Shown in pieces: positions 1 through 11,188 of a DNA stretch of 64,000 nt (within the stretch, counting starts at the first letter, position 1; each line of letters opens with the position of its first letter). The notes beneath the pieces are model-generated. The model was not told the DNA's origin and searched no databases. It saw nothing but the letters and a program-made list of their open reading frames with translations. The position numbers were made by a program, and so were the translations under genes. Source of the stretch: Eukaryota sp. TZLM1-RC (taxonomy: Eukaryota; Protista; Metamonada: BaSk clade). The DNA lies in assembly GCA_040285825.1 (NCBI GenBank), contig JAUPSS010000008.1:248001-312000 (forward strand), given 5' to 3'.

Positions 1-3000
1 CTGGTGACGTTACTTTTGATTACGAAAACACTTCTGAAAGTATTGACATTACCTCAATCGAACTCAAAGAAGGATCTGTTACCTTTAATAATGGTGATTT
101 AAAGGCAAATACCATTACTATCAACTCTGAGTCTGCCGCTAGTGCTTCATTTACTAACACAAAGCTAGGTTCTTTAAGTGATTTCACTTCAAATAATGGG
201 AATATTGAATTTAATTATGAGGATGATCTTACCATTTCCGCAAGTTTTAATATTGTTGACTCAGACTTGGATTTAAAGAATCCAGATAGTACTTATTCCT
301 TCAATAGTCTTCATTTAAGTTCATCAACCAGAAAAGGTAATGGAAATTTAATTGTCAACGACTTAAGTTTTTCAGGTACCACTTTTACTGGTAATTCCCA
401 AACTGAATGTACTGAAAGCTGTGATGTGATTAATGGTGAAACTAACATTATAAATGTAAAAGATTCCCATGAATTGATTTTTGATGCTAATGGAAACATA
501 GATTCTGAATCTCTTATTGACTTTGAAATTAATTCAGCTAATTTTATTCTCAACGAACCATATTCATTTACTACCAACTCTAAAATCATTGTTTCAACCT
601 CATCCGAAACAGATTTTCAAGTATTGGGTACACTCAGTATCGAAGAAGAAGGTAGTTTGGCAATTGAGGATTTATTTGATTTAAAAGGAACTATCATTGT
701 CAATGGTAAATTAGAATTAGATTCAGATAGTACCATTGATGGAACTTTAAAGGTTGCAGATGGTGGTGAAGCTGTTTTCAAAGGAGATTCTTATGCATTT
801 AACGAAAATTCCAAGCTTGAAGTTCATCCAAATACCCTAATTTTACAGGAACCTATTGAATTAACAATTGAAGGTACTTATAAAGGAATTGGTTCCATCA
901 CTCACTCACATGGAAAGTTGACGTTTACTCCTGGTTCAAAGGTGGATACTGGTGATTTTATTGTTAAAACCTCTGAAAAATTAACATTTTCTAGAGTAGA
1001 TTTTGAATCATTAGACTTGCTAAAAATAGAAACTGGTGACGTTACTTTTGATTACGAAAACACTTCTGAAAGTATTGACATTACCTCAATCGAACTCAAA
1101 GAAGGATCTGTTACCTTTAATAATGGTGATTTAAAGGCAAATACCATTACGATCAACTCTGAGTCTGCCGCTAGTGCTTCATTTACTAACACAAAGCTAG
1201 GTTCTTTAAGTGATTTCACTTCAAATAATGGGAATATTGAATTTAATTATGAGGATGATCTTACCATTTCCGCAAATTTTAATATTGTTGATTCAGACTT
1301 GGATTTAAAGAATCCAGATAGTACTTATTCCTTCAATAGCCTTGATTTAAGTTCATCAACCAGAAAAGGTAATGGAAATTTAATTGTCAACGACTTAAGT
1401 TTTTCAGGTACCACTTTTACTGGTAATTCCCAAACTAAATGTACTGAAAGCTGTGATGTGATTAATGGTGAAACTAACATTATAAATGTAAAACATTCCC
1501 ATGAATTGATTTTTGATGGTAATGGTAATATGAATTCTGAATCTCTTATTGACTTTGAAATTAATTCAGCTAATTTTATTCTCAACGAACCATATTCATT
1601 TACTACCAACTCTAAAATCATTGTTTCAACCTCATCCGAAACAGATTTTCAAATATTGGGTACACTCAATATCGAAGAAGAAGGTAGTTTGGCAATTGAG
1701 GATTTATTTGATTTAAAAGGAACTATCATTGTCAATGGTAAATTAGAATTAGACTCGAGTAACACCATTGATGGAACTTTAAAGGTTTTAGATGGTGGTG
1801 AAGCTATTTTCAAAGGAGATTCTTATACATTTAACGAAAATTCCAAGCTTGAAGTTCATCCAAATACTCTAATTTTACAGGAACCTATTGAATTAACAAT
1901 TAAAGGTACTTATAAAGGAATTGGTTCCATCACTCACTCACATGGAAAGTTGACATTTACTTCTGGTTCAAAGGTAGATACTGGTGATTTTATTGTTGAA
2001 ACCTCTGAAAAATTAACTTTTTCTAGAGTTGAATTTAAATCATTAGACTCGCTCGAAATACAAACTGGTGACGTTACTTTTGATTACGAAAACACTTCTG
2101 AAAGTATTAACATTGACTCAATTGAACTCAAAGAAGGATCTGTTACCTTTAATAATGGTGATTTAAAGGCAAATAGCTTTACTATCAACTCTGAGTCTGC
2201 CGCTAGTGCTTCATTTACTAACACAAAGCTAGGTTCTTTAAGTGATTTCACTTCAAATAATGGGAATATTGAATTTAATTATGAGGATGATCTTACCATT
2301 TCCGCAAATTTTAATATTGTTGATTCAGACTTGGATTTAAAGAATCCAGATACTACTTATTCCTTCAATAGTCTTCATTTAAGTTCATCAACCAGAAAAG
2401 GTAATGGAAATTTAATTGTCAACGACTTAAGTTTTTCAGGTACCACTTTTACTAGTAATTCCCAAACTGAATGTACTGAAAGCTGTGATGTGATTAATGG
2501 TGAAACTAACATTATAAATGTAAAAGATTCCCATGAATTGATTTTTGATAGTAATGGTAATATGAATTCTGAATCTCTTATTGACTTTGAAATTAATTCA
2601 GCTAATTTTATTCTCAACGAACCATATTCATTTACTACCAACTCTAAAATCATTGTTTCAACCTCATCCGAAACAGATTTTCAAGTATTGGGTACACTCA
2701 GTATCGAAGAAGAAGGTAGTTTGGCAATTGAGGATTTATTTGATTTAAAAGGAACTATCATTGTCAATGGTAAATTAGAATTAGACTCGAGTAACACCAT
2801 TGATGGAACTTTAAAGGTTTTAGATGGTGGTGAAGCTATTTTCAAAGGAGATTCTTATACATTTAACGAAAATTCCAAGCTTGAAGTTCATCCAAATACC
2901 CTAATTTTACAGGAACCTATTGAATTAACAATTGAAGGTACTTATAAAGGAATTGGTTCCATCACTCACTCACATGGAAAGTTGACGTTTACTTCTGGTT

Positions 3001-4561
3001 CAAAGGTGGATACTGGTGATTTTATTGTTAAAACTTCTGAAAAATTAACATTTTCTAGAGTAGATTTTGAATCATTAGACTTGCTAAAAATAGAAACTGG
3101 TCACGTTACTTTTGATTACGAAAACACTTCTGAAAGTATTAACATTACCTCAATCGAACTCAAAGAAGGATCTGTTACCTTTAATAATGGTGATTTAAAG
3201 GCAAATACCATTACTATCAACTCTGAGTCTGCCGCTAGTGCTTCATTTACTAACACAAAGCTAGGTTCTTTAAGTGATTTCACTTCAAATAATGGGAATA
3301 TTGAATTTAATTATGAGGATGATCTTACCATTTCCGCAAGTTTTAATATTGTTGGTTCAGACTTGGATTTAAAGAATCCAGATAGTACTTATTCCTTCAA
3401 TAGTCTTGATTTAAGTTCATCAACCAGAAAAGGTAATGGAAATTTAATTGTCAACGACTTAAGTTTTTCAGGTACCACTTTTACTGGTAATTCCCAAACT
3501 AAATGTACTGAAAGCTGTGATGTGATTAATGGTGAAACTAACATTATAAATGTAAAAGATTCCCATGAATTGATTTTTGATAGTAATGGTAATATGAATT
3601 CTGAATCTCTTATTGACTTTGAAATTAATTCAGCTAATTTTATTCTCAACGAACCATATTCATTTACTACCAACTCTAAAATCATTGTTTCAACCTCATC
3701 CGAAACAGATTTTCAAATATTGGGTACACTCAGTATCGAAGAAGAAGGTAGTTTGGCAATTGAGGATTTATTTGATTTAAAAGGAACTATCATTGTCAAT
3801 GGTAAATTAGAATTAGATTCAGATAGTACCATTGATGGAACTTTAAAGGTTGCAGATGGTGGTGAAGCTGTTTTCAAAGGAGATTCTTATACATTTAACG
3901 AAAATTCCAAGCTTGAAGTTCATCCAAATACGCTAATTTTACAGGAACCTATTGAATTAACAATTAAAGGTACTTATAAAGGAATTGGTTCCATCACTCA
4001 CTCACATGGAAAGTTGACGTTTACTTCTGGTTCAAAGGTGGATACTGGTGATTTTATTGTTGAAACCTCTGAAAAATTAACTTTTTCTAGAGTTGAATTT
4101 AAATCATTAGACTCACTACAAATACAAACTGGTCACGTTACTTTTGATTACGAAAACACTTCTGAAAGTATTAACATTGACTCAATTGAACTCAAAGAAG
4201 GATCTGTTACCTTTAATAATGGTGATTTAAAGGCAAATAGCTTTACTATCAACTCTGAGTCTGCCGCTAGTGCTTCATTTACTAACACAAAGCTAGGTTC
4301 TTTAAGTGATTTCACTTCAAATAATGGGAATATTGAATTTAATTATGAGGATGATCTTACCATTTCCGCAAATTTTAATATTGTTGATTCAGACTTGGAT
4401 TTAAAGAATCCAGATACTACTTATTCCTTCAATAGGCTTGATTTAAGTTCATCAACCAGAAAAGGTAATGGAAATTTAATTGTCAACGACTTAAGTTTTT
4501 CAGGTACAACTTTTACTGGTAATTCTCAAACTAAATGTACTGAAAGTTGTGATGTGATTAA
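1..4561 (+). repeat. Coding tandem repeat, 1032-bp (344-aa) unit, ~4.4 copies in window
   Basis: ctggt(g/c)acgttacttttgattacg recurs at 1, 1033, 2065, 3097 and 4129; homology ends at ...tgtgatgtgattaat ~4561. Confidence 0.97.
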
Positions 4562-7500
4562 TTTACAATCAGGACTCACGAAGATCAGTAATCATCATCA
4601 ATTAGTCATAGTCCCTTTCATTGATCTAAACAACCAAGTTTTTGAACTTAATACTGCTAATTTAACTTTTGAGAGTTTTGTTAATTTTAGTTCATTTCAC
4701 GTATATGGTTTTCTCTCTCAAATTGAGTGCTTTAGTTCTGTTCGATTTACCAATGTTTGGTTTCTTACTTTTTTTGATGATATTTCAAATAATAATAGTT
4801 TATTTTTACATGATGAGGTGTCATGTTTTTCTTTTTCTCATTTTAAATGGATAGTTGAAGTGCAAGGTGATTTTAGTCTAGGAAATAATTCCACTATTAT
4901 TTTTTTCAATGAACTGACCATCCATGCTCTTGTTTATATCGATATAGATTCTTTTTTTGTTATTGACTGCTTAGCTCATTTTTTACCCAGATCAAACCTA
5001 ACCTCGGACAATGGCTTGGTGTTTTTTGAGAATGCAAATGTTTATTTCTCTGGTTATTGGACTAGTTCTTTCGATGTATTGAACCTCAATAACGGAAGTC
5101 TTATTTTTGGTGCCAATTCCGGCTTTTCTTTTAACTCGCTTCAAATAGAAAATATGAACCTTGGCTTTTATTTTTCAGTTTCGGAGTTTTTATCAATTTA
5201 TTTACTTAATTCTGTAGTTTTGTTTTGTGATATACCATCTTCTCTTTACTTTCACAGTGTTGAGGTTCATTACTCCGAATTTTCTTTTTCTGATATCAAA
5301 GAAGTCGTTACTCTAGGTGTTTTGGAAGCTTTTGATACTGTATTCTATTTTAATAACCTTAAACCCTTTCTCTTAATTGATGAATTAGTTTCAGATGGAA
5401 GTACTTTTAACTTCAACACTGGTCAATTGTGTGTCATTTCCAATGTCTCAGAGTCAAATTCTTTGTTTACCGGAGCTGATCCTTATATTTTTCAAGATGA
5501 GCAGGTGTTTGATGTTGATATTAACTATGGTAGTTCCTGCTGTCCAACTGAGAATTGTCGAATAATTATCCCTTTTGATTATGCTTGGTCTGTTAATGAT
5601 TACTTGGATGTGGAAGTGATTGGCACTGAGCGTGTTCAACGTACTACAGATCAAGACGTTTTTGACCTGTATGTCAGAAATATTTGGGGAAGGGACGAAA
5701 AATTTGAATTCTTGTTTTTAAATATTTCAGTCAATGATCAATTTGTGCTTTATGCTACATCTATTGCAATTTGTCCTTTTAATGTTGAGTTTCTTTTTGC
5801 ACCACCTACGTCCGGGGGTATTATGCCTATTAGAGGTACTAACTTTGGTGTTTACCATGATATTTTTGTTGCAATTGTTTCGTTGAATTTCTATGAACTT
5901 GCAACCATTCATTCACATAATGAGCTTTTCATTACATTACCTTATGGTGATTCTTGCCATAATCTCACATTTTTTCCAGAAAATAGACCTAGTGTTGATG
6001 ATTTCTTTTGTTATGGGTCTCCCTCTGTTCACGAATTTGCACCAAATGAAATATCATTTGTGTCTGATCTTAGTTTTTCGGGTAACAACCTTGGATTAGC
6101 AGAAGCTATTGAAATCGTATTTATCAATGCACATGCTAACTACACCATTCTTTCTGCTTATCATTTGTTTGTTTTAGTTGAGTTTAATCCTTTATGTTTA
6201 TTTGAAGGCAATAGTTTTAGTCTATATTTCAATGTTGGTACTCACTCTAGTAATACCTTGTCTATCCCAGTGGTTACGCCATCTTTTGAGGTTGTTCCTT
6301 TAGTTCTTCCTACAGTTGGGGGTACCATTTCAATCCACGGTGAATCATTTTCAACTCTTTTTAATGATGATTGTCTTCCGGATGGTGGAGTTTTCTGTGA
6401 TGGTGCTGAGGTAAGTTTTGCTGCCTTAGATAGCAATTCTTTAATCGTTACTATTCTGACTATTCAGCATTCTAGTTCTTTATCTTGTTATTTGAAATTT
6501 ACGTTGGAATTAGTTTCAACATTTGACTTGGTTTTAGCTTCTGTAACTGTGTCTGATTTTGATCAACTGTGTTATTTAGGGTTCAGTTGCGAAGTTACTG
6601 TAGTTTCTGACGATTCTGCCTTTGATTTTTCTCTTTATACTCCAGAAGGCTCAAATTTGGATATAGTAACCTATGTACTTTATGAGAAATCAGCAACTAT
6701 TCGTTTTTCAGCGTTAACCACCTCCCCACGATTATCTCTATGTTCTAACGAGGATATCTGTTTCGAAGTTTCCTTCCTTCCCTCCATTGTTGAAATTACT
6801 TCTGTTAATCCAACAGAATTGTTCTTTTTTGGAGCATCTGGAAATTATCAGTTTTCAATTAGTGGAACTAATCTTAATTCCTTTCGCATCACTGGTAACT
6901 ATCTTTCAATTGGTAATTTATCTATAAAGATTGAATCTGTTTCACAATCTGAACTTCTCATATTCACTGATCAAGTTTCATTAGGATTTCATGGTATCAA
7001 AGTTGAAACACAATTTTCTATTGTCACTTTGGATTTTGGAATTTCATTTGTTTTCCCTTTAAATTTACCAATACTGTTCACTAATTCATCACTGGTGCTT
7101 TTCTACGAAATTTCTCAGTCACACTTAGCTGTTAGTTTATCATTTTCTTCTAGATCTTTTGATATTTCAAATGGATTTAATGACTTGGATTTACATTTTC
7201 TTAACTCCTGCCCATACCATATTTCGGTTTCTAATGACCAGAATTCATTCCCTTTACTTGTTGAGTGCTTTGCTATGGATTCTCTTTTTCCTTCAGTAGT
7301 TTTTTCTAATCATGTATCAACAGTAAAGGTCCCAATCCCCAATGTTGATTTGGATATTACTTATGATGTAACATGTGATGTTCTCTGCACCATTCATAAC
7401 TACTTCACTGATGAAGGCTTCTTACTTGTTTCCTTTCTGGTATCAGATCCAGGAACTGTTGTCTTCACACTAGCTATTTATCAAGGTAAACATGTCTCTT

Positions 7501-10500
7501 CAAAGGAGCTTTATGTTAATGCTGTTCCTGAACCTGTTTTTAATCTACTTTCTCCACAGGAATTTTTCTTTTACCAAAATGCAACAGTGAACTTGTTGAT
7601 TGATAATTATATTGTTTCAGGATCTTTTTATTGGAATTCCTCTCTTGCTAGCTTCGTTGAGGACAGAATTGGATCTTTGGATCTAGTTTATCTTGAACTG
7701 CCTTTTGTCAGTAATGGAGGTTTTAGCAGTGGAACGCATCATCTCAACCTCTATTGGGGTAATGTTGACTTTACCGCGTATTTTATTATGACAATTACTA
7801 TACATTTCGTAAGAGTTTTTGAAGTTTTAGACACTATTCCATTGCTTACTTCGAGGGATTTTACCTTGAAAATGACACATTTGCCTGTGCTTACTGATAA
7901 GCTTTCGCTATTTTGTAGAATATTAGAGTTTGATTTTCCATCTATTGGCCTTGAAAATGAACTTATTTGCAAGAACGTTCTTGTTTCTCAGATAATGGAA
8001 GATGTTACTGTTTTTCTTATTAATGAAAGAGGAGCAATTATCGATTCTATTACTGCTGAGGTTGACACTTTTTTTGACGATGCTTGTTTTGTCCCAGATT
8101 CTTCTACTTTGGTTTCTCTGTCCAGGGAAAATTTCTTGCCATCGCAATATCTTGGTAGAATTGATACTATTATTGATGGTTTTAGATGTTGTGGAGGTCT
8201 ACTTGAAGAATGTTCTATTTTCTTGGAAAAAAATTCCACATTTTCAATCATTTTTGATGGTGAACTCGACATTAGATCTCTCACTGTTACTGTTAATTCT
8301 GATTGTACCTCAGCTAGCAGAAGAACTTCCCCACTTGAACTTTTACATTTGAATTCAGATTGGTCTTGTCATTCGATACCAAATGGATTTGGGTTTGCTT
8401 CGCAGTGCATTACTTTGTTTTCAGAGTTGGTAGTAGTGGAATCATTGGAATTGGTTGCTTTTCAAGATATTTTCTTATTAGAAATTGAAGTCAATGGCTT
8501 TGACCCTCACGCTTGCTTCTTGATTTTGGAGACTGGGCAAGGGGTAACCTCAATATCAAATACTATTGAAATTGATACGTTTTTAGCCTTTGGTGAACTA
8601 ATATATGGAAACTTTTCGTCCCTTTTGAAGGATTATGCTGTTGAAAGCTCACACAATTTTGAATCAAAATTTGAATTTCACCTTGATCTCTTAGCTCCAG
8701 ATTGCTTCTACCCTTCTAGATCATATTCTACTCTCTACTTTCCCGGAAATCCTGTTTCCATGGTGTTTTTAAGGGATGATCTATTATTGGATTCTAACTC
8801 TATTTCCATACCTGTTCAATGCCATGATTCCTTTGGTTTCTTGACTAGCTGCAGCAACATTACCAGCTTTGAAGTTGTGGAAAGCTCTGTGGGGATTATT
8901 GTTGACTTTTGTGGTGATTTGTCTTGCAGTGTAATGTTGACCACTATCTCTGGATTGGGGAGGCAATTCGTTTTTTATTCCATTGGATTTGTGGATGAAG
9001 TGTTTTTATGGGAGTTTAACCTAACACAAGAGTCTTTTCAGTATCTCAGTGCGTCCGTTATTGATGTTGTTTCATGCTCAAGTCCCCATGCAGGTTCACA
9101 TACTTGTTCGTTGGCTACTGTTGAGCTTGTTGTTCACCAAGTCCTTCCAACATCCACTGAAACGGTCTCCTACCAAACTAGCCTGGAGGGTTCTACTATT
9201 AAAGGGAATGGTAAAATAAGAAATTCCTATCTTGTTCCCCCAAGAACAATCAGGGTCATCACTTCCCCATTGGAAAGTGTAGCGTTGGACATCGAATATG
9301 ACCGAATGTCTACTTCTATTCAACTGACTTCTGTTGACTGTGTTTTTCCAATGGTTCATAATAATGGAATTTGCATCTGTGCCCCTGGGTATGCACTCAA
9401 TTCCGCTCAATCATGTGATAAATGTCCACGAAATTCATTTTCCAATTCATTAACTGAACAACAATGTCACTCATGCCCACTGGGAAGAATCACTTTTAAT
9501 GAAGGGTCTTCTAGTCTTGATGATTGTTTTTGTCAACGAAACTTTGTGGAAATTGATGGAGAATGTGTCAGATGTCCTGACAAAACTACTTGTGAATACG
9601 GTCACATCAGTTCTTTCGAAAATGGTTTTCTTTTTTCAAGTGAGTTTCTACCCTTTGAATGTGTTCTCCGCCATTTATGCAGAAATAATACTTGTATTCA
9701 AGGTCATGAAGGGGAGCATTGTTTAGATTGTGAGGAAGGATTTGATGCTTTTGGAACTGAATGTATTGAACGATCAACAACCAATTATTTAGTTGCAATT
9801 GGATATGTTCACCTTATTCTGCTTATTTTAATCGGAAGCACTTTACATTATTTAGCTGTGGATGCTTACAACAGAAGGATCGAGCTAGCCCAGGAAAAGT
9901 CATTGAAAACTAATGTTCCATCAAAGGTTAAAAAAGAAATTCTCAAACAGTATAGTTTTTCCTTCTTTTATATTTTGATTTGCTACTCTGAAGTTTTGTT
10001 CAATGGGATTACGACATCATTATCCTTTATCTTTTCCTTTTACCATTTTCTCTCTCCTAGGTTTTTTCACTGGTCTGTTTCTTTGTTATTTTGGTTATTG
10101 GTTTATTGGGGTGTTTATCTCTGGATTCACAAACTTCGATTTGGTATTTTTCCGAAGTACCTTCGAGCACAACTTATTGAGTTATACTTTGCTGTTTGCT
10201 CTTTGGGATATCTTCCTTTATTAAATCGCTTCAGTTATTTCTTAATCATTCATGTTATTGGAATGGCGTTTATGATCATCATTAACCGCAACAGTTTCCA
10301 TGTTGCTCCATTTTGTCTCTGCCTGTTTATTTATCTTTGTGATTTGTACTTACCTTACTTTTTCTACAAATGTCTCACCATCATTGCATTGTTGATTTCA
10401 GGCATTCTTAATCGTGGGTTTACGAAGCTCATTTGTCTTTTTACTACTGTTTGGCTATTGGTTTATCTTACAAAACCTCATTTTGTATCTTTTATTGCAT

Positions 10501-10505
10501 TGTAA
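3..10505 (+). CDS. Giant (>3,500 aa) surface/membrane protein: 344-aa tandem beta-rich repeats, IPT/TIG-like domains, Cys-rich TNFR/GCC2-GCC3-like repeats, multi-pass TM C-terminus; 5' end outside window
   Basis: Frame is open from position 3; the track's TTG start at 267 is internal. Features: PTSGG/PTVGG...I.G.NF/SF IPT-like motifs; CAPGY...CDKCPRNSF...CHSCPLG Cys-rich repeats; several hydrophobic segments in the last ~240 aa; AATAAA at ~10530. Confidence 0.85.
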   Translation, partial: GDVTFDYENTSESIDITSIELKEGSVTFNNGDLKANTITINSESAASASFTNTKLGSLSDFTSNNGNIEFNYEDDLTISASFNIVDSDLDLKNPDSTYSFNSLHLSSSTRKGNGNLIVNDLSFSGTTFTGNSQTECTESCDVINGETNIINVKDSHELIFDANGNIDSESLIDFEINSANFILNEPYSFTTNSKIIVSTSSETDFQVLGTLSIEEEGSLAIEDLFDLKGTIIVNGKLELDSDSTIDGTLKVADGGEAVFKGDSYAFNENSKLEVHPNTLILQEPIELTIEGTYKGIGSITHSHGKLTFTPGSKVDTGDFIVKTSEKLTFSRVDFESLDLLKIETGDVTFDYENTSESIDITSIELKEGSVTFNNGDLKANTITINSESAASASFTNTKLGSLSDFTSNNGNIEFNYEDDLTISANFNIVDSDLDLKNPDSTYSFNSLDLSSSTRKGNGNLIVNDLSFSGTTFTGNSQTKCTESCDVINGETNIINVKHSHELIFDGNGNMNSESLIDFEINSANFILNEPYSFTTNSKIIVSTSSETDFQILGTLNIEEEGSLAIEDLFDLKGTIIVNGKLELDSSNTIDGTLKVLDGGEAIFKGDSYTFNENSKLEVHPNTLILQEPIELTIKGTYKGIGSITHSHGKLTFTSGSKVDTGDFIVETSEKLTFSRVEFKSLDSLEIQTGDVTFDYENTSESINIDSIELKEGSVTFNNGDLKANSFTINSESAASASFTNTKLGSLSDFTSNNGNIEFNYEDDLTISANFNIVDSDLDLKNPDTTYSFNSLHLSSSTRKGNGNLIVNDLSFSGTTFTSNSQTECTESCDVINGETNIINVKDSHELIFDSNGNMNSESLIDFEINSANFILNEPYSFTTNSKIIVSTSSETDFQVLGTLSIEEEGSLAIEDLFDLKGTIIVNGKLELDSSNTIDGTLKVLDGGEAIFKGDSYTFNENSKLEVHPNTLILQEPIELTIEGTYKGIGSITHSHGKLTFTSGSKVDTGDFIVKTSEKLTFSRVDFESLDLLKIETGHVTFDYENTSESINITSIELKEGSVTFNNGDLKANTITINSESAASASFTNTKLGSLSDFTSNNGNIEFNYEDDLTISASFNIVGSDLDLKNPDSTYSFNSLDLSSSTRKGNGNLIVNDLSFSGTTFTGNSQTKCTESCDVINGETNIINVKDSHELIFDSNGNMNSESLIDFEINSANFILNEPYSFTTNSKIIVSTSSETDFQILGTLSIEEEGSLAIEDLFDLKGTIIVNGKLELDSDSTIDGTLKVADGGEAVFKGDSYTFNENSKLEVHPNTLILQEPIELTIKGTYKGIGSITHSHGKLTFTSGSKVDTGDFIVETSEKLTFSRVEFKSLDSLQIQTGHVTFDYENTSESINIDSIELKEGSVTFNNGDLKANSFTINSESAASASFTNTKLGSLSDFTSNNGNIEFNYEDDLTISANFNIVDSDLDLKNPDTTYSFNRLDLSSSTRKGNGNLIVNDLSFSGTTFTGNSQTKCTESCDVINLQSGLTKISNHHQLVIVPFIDLNNQVFELNTANLTFESFVNFSSFHVYGFLSQIECFSSVRFTNVWFLTFFDDISNNNSLFLHDEVSCFSFSHFKWIVEVQGDFSLGNNSTIIFFNELTIHALVYIDIDSFFVIDCLAHFLPRSNLTSDNGLVFFENANVYFSGYWTSSFDVLNLNNGSLIFGANSGFSFNSLQIENMNLGFYFSVSEFLSIYLLNSVVLFCDIPSSLYFHSVEVHYSEFSFSDIKEVVTLGVLEAFDTVFYFNNLKPFLLIDELVSDGSTFNFNTGQLCVISNVSESNSLFTGADPYIFQDEQVFDVDINYGSSCCPTENCRIIIPFDYAWSVNDYLDVEVIGTERVQRTTDQDVFDLYVRNIWGRDEKFEFLFLNISVNDQFVLYATSIAICPFNVEFLFAPPTSGGIMPIRGTNFGVYHDIFVAIVSLNFYELATIHSHNELFITLPYGDSCHNLTFFPENRPSVDDFFCYGSPSVHEFAPNEISFVSDLSFSGNNLGLAEAIEIVFINAHANYTILSAYHLFVLVEFNPLCLFEGNSFSLYFNVGTHSSNTLSIPVVTPSFEVVPLVLPTVGGTISIHGESFSTLFNDDCLPDGGVFCDGAEVSFAALDSNSLIVTILTIQHSSSLSCYLKFTLELVSTFDLVLASVTVSDFDQLCYLGFSCEVTVVSDDSAFDFSLYTPEGSNLDIVTYVLYEKSATIRFSALTTSPRLSLCSNEDICFEVSFLPSIVEITSVNPTELFFFGASGNYQFSISGTNLNSFRITGNYLSIGNLSIKIESVSQSELLIFTDQVSLGFHGIKVETQFSIVTLDFGISFVFPLNLPILFTNSSLVLFYEISQSHLAVSLSFSSRSFDISNGFNDLDLHFLNSCPYHISVSNDQNSFPLLVECFAMDSLFPSVVFSNHVSTVKVPIPNVDLDITYDVTCDVLCTIHNYFTDEGFLLVSFLVSDPGTVVFTLAIYQGKHVSSKELYVNAVPEPVFNLLSPQEFFFYQNATVNLLIDNYIVSGSFYWNSSLASFVEDRIGSLDLVYLELPFVSNGGFSSGTHHLNLYWGNVDFTAYFIMTITIHFVRVFEVLDTIPLLTSRDFTLKMTHLPVLTDKLSLFCRILEFDFPSIGLENELICKNVLVSQIMEDVTVFLINERGAIIDSITAEVDTFFDDACFVPDSSTLVSLSRENFLPSQYLGRIDTIIDGFRCCGGLLEECSIFLEKNSTFSIIFDGELDIRSLTVTVNSDCTSASRRTSPLELLHLNSDWSCHSIPNGFGFASQCITLFSELVVVESLELVAFQDIFLLEIEVNGFDPHACFLILETGQGVTSISNTIEIDTFLAFGELIYGNFSSLLKDYAVESSHNFESKFEFHLDLLAPDCFYPSRSYSTLYFPGNPVSMVFLRDDLLLDSNSISIPVQCHDSFGFLTSCSNITSFEVVESSVGIIVDFCGDLSCSVMLTTISGLGRQFVFYSIGFVDEVFLWEFNLTQESFQYLSASVIDVVSCSSPHAGSHTCSLATVELVVHQVLPTSTETVSYQTSLEGSTIKGNGKIRNSYLVPPRTIRVITSPLESVALDIEYDRMSTSIQLTSVDCVFPMVHNNGICICAPGYALNSAQSCDKCPRNSFSNSLTEQQCHSCPLGRITFNEGSSSLDDCFCQRNFVEIDGECVRCPDKTTCEYGHISSFENGFLFSSEFLPFECVLRHLCRNNTCIQGHEGEHCLDCEEGFDAFGTECIERSTTNYLVAIGYVHLILLILIGSTLHYLAVDAYNRRIELAQEKSLKTNVPSKVKKEILKQYSFSFFYILICYSEVLFNGITTSLSFIFSFYHFLSPRFFHWSVSLLFWLLVYWGVYLWIHKLRFGIFPKYLRAQLIELYFAVCSLGYLPLLNRFSYFLIIHVIGMAFMIIINRNSFHVAPFCLCLFIYLCDLYLPYFFYKCLTIIALLISGILNRGFTKLICLFTTVWLLVYLTKPHFVSFIAL

Positions 10506-10619
10506 ATATTGTACATTATATCTTTATTCAATAAATGCTTGTCTTTTCATTTGTTAATTTTGTTCAATATTTCGAACTCAACTTAATACTCTTTCATAAA
10601 TTGTACTAAGAGAACCTTT

Positions 10620-10960
10620 CGTAGTTCGTGTTCTCTTTCGGATTTAAGCAGCATCATTTTTTATCTTCCGTTTCTTTCTCATCAAATACATACCGCTTCA
10701 ATCAAAACGCCTGCAAACTTATTAAGGCATGCCAGCAATTTTGTTGGGCCGGTGTTAATGAGTTTGCAACTTTCACTATGACAAGCTAATAAACCATGAC
10801 ATGTAGTAACAGGAGTCCTTTCTCTTCAATAGAATTTGAGATAAGTACCGTCAAAAATGTATGAACAGTTTCAAAACAACCAGGACATTTTGCTGAAGCT
10901 TGTTAAATCATCCATTTATCACAATTACCAATTGTTATCCGAATAATGTTAATAATTTTA
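10620..10960 (-). pseudogene. Fanzor1 (TnpB-like) C-terminal remnant
   Basis: Minus-strand pieces ITIGNCD, SAKCPGCFETVHTF and RTPVTTCHGLLACHSESC match the Fanzor1 RuvC-II/Zn-finger 'TSxxCPxC...CHGLLxC..C' region; frameshifted. Confidence 0.6.
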
Positions 10961-11188
10961 TAACTCTTGTGTTTGAATATTGGTTGGTTTGAATCGATTG
11001 TATTTTACCAAATATCAAATTGACCAAGTGGTTTGAAATTCCTCATTTTTGTCAGGTTTTCCATGTTTGATCAGTTGCTAACTCATCATGAATGACTTTT
11101 TTAATAATTGATTATATTGTTCTTGTATCATTTGAAAAGTACATCAAATTAACATTATAAATCTGGAAGTGAGTAGGTTGTGTGCACA

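Noticed and set aside
311-3685. Four similar minus-strand ORFs (92-98 aa)
   Set aside because: Antisense shadows of the 1032-bp coding repeat.
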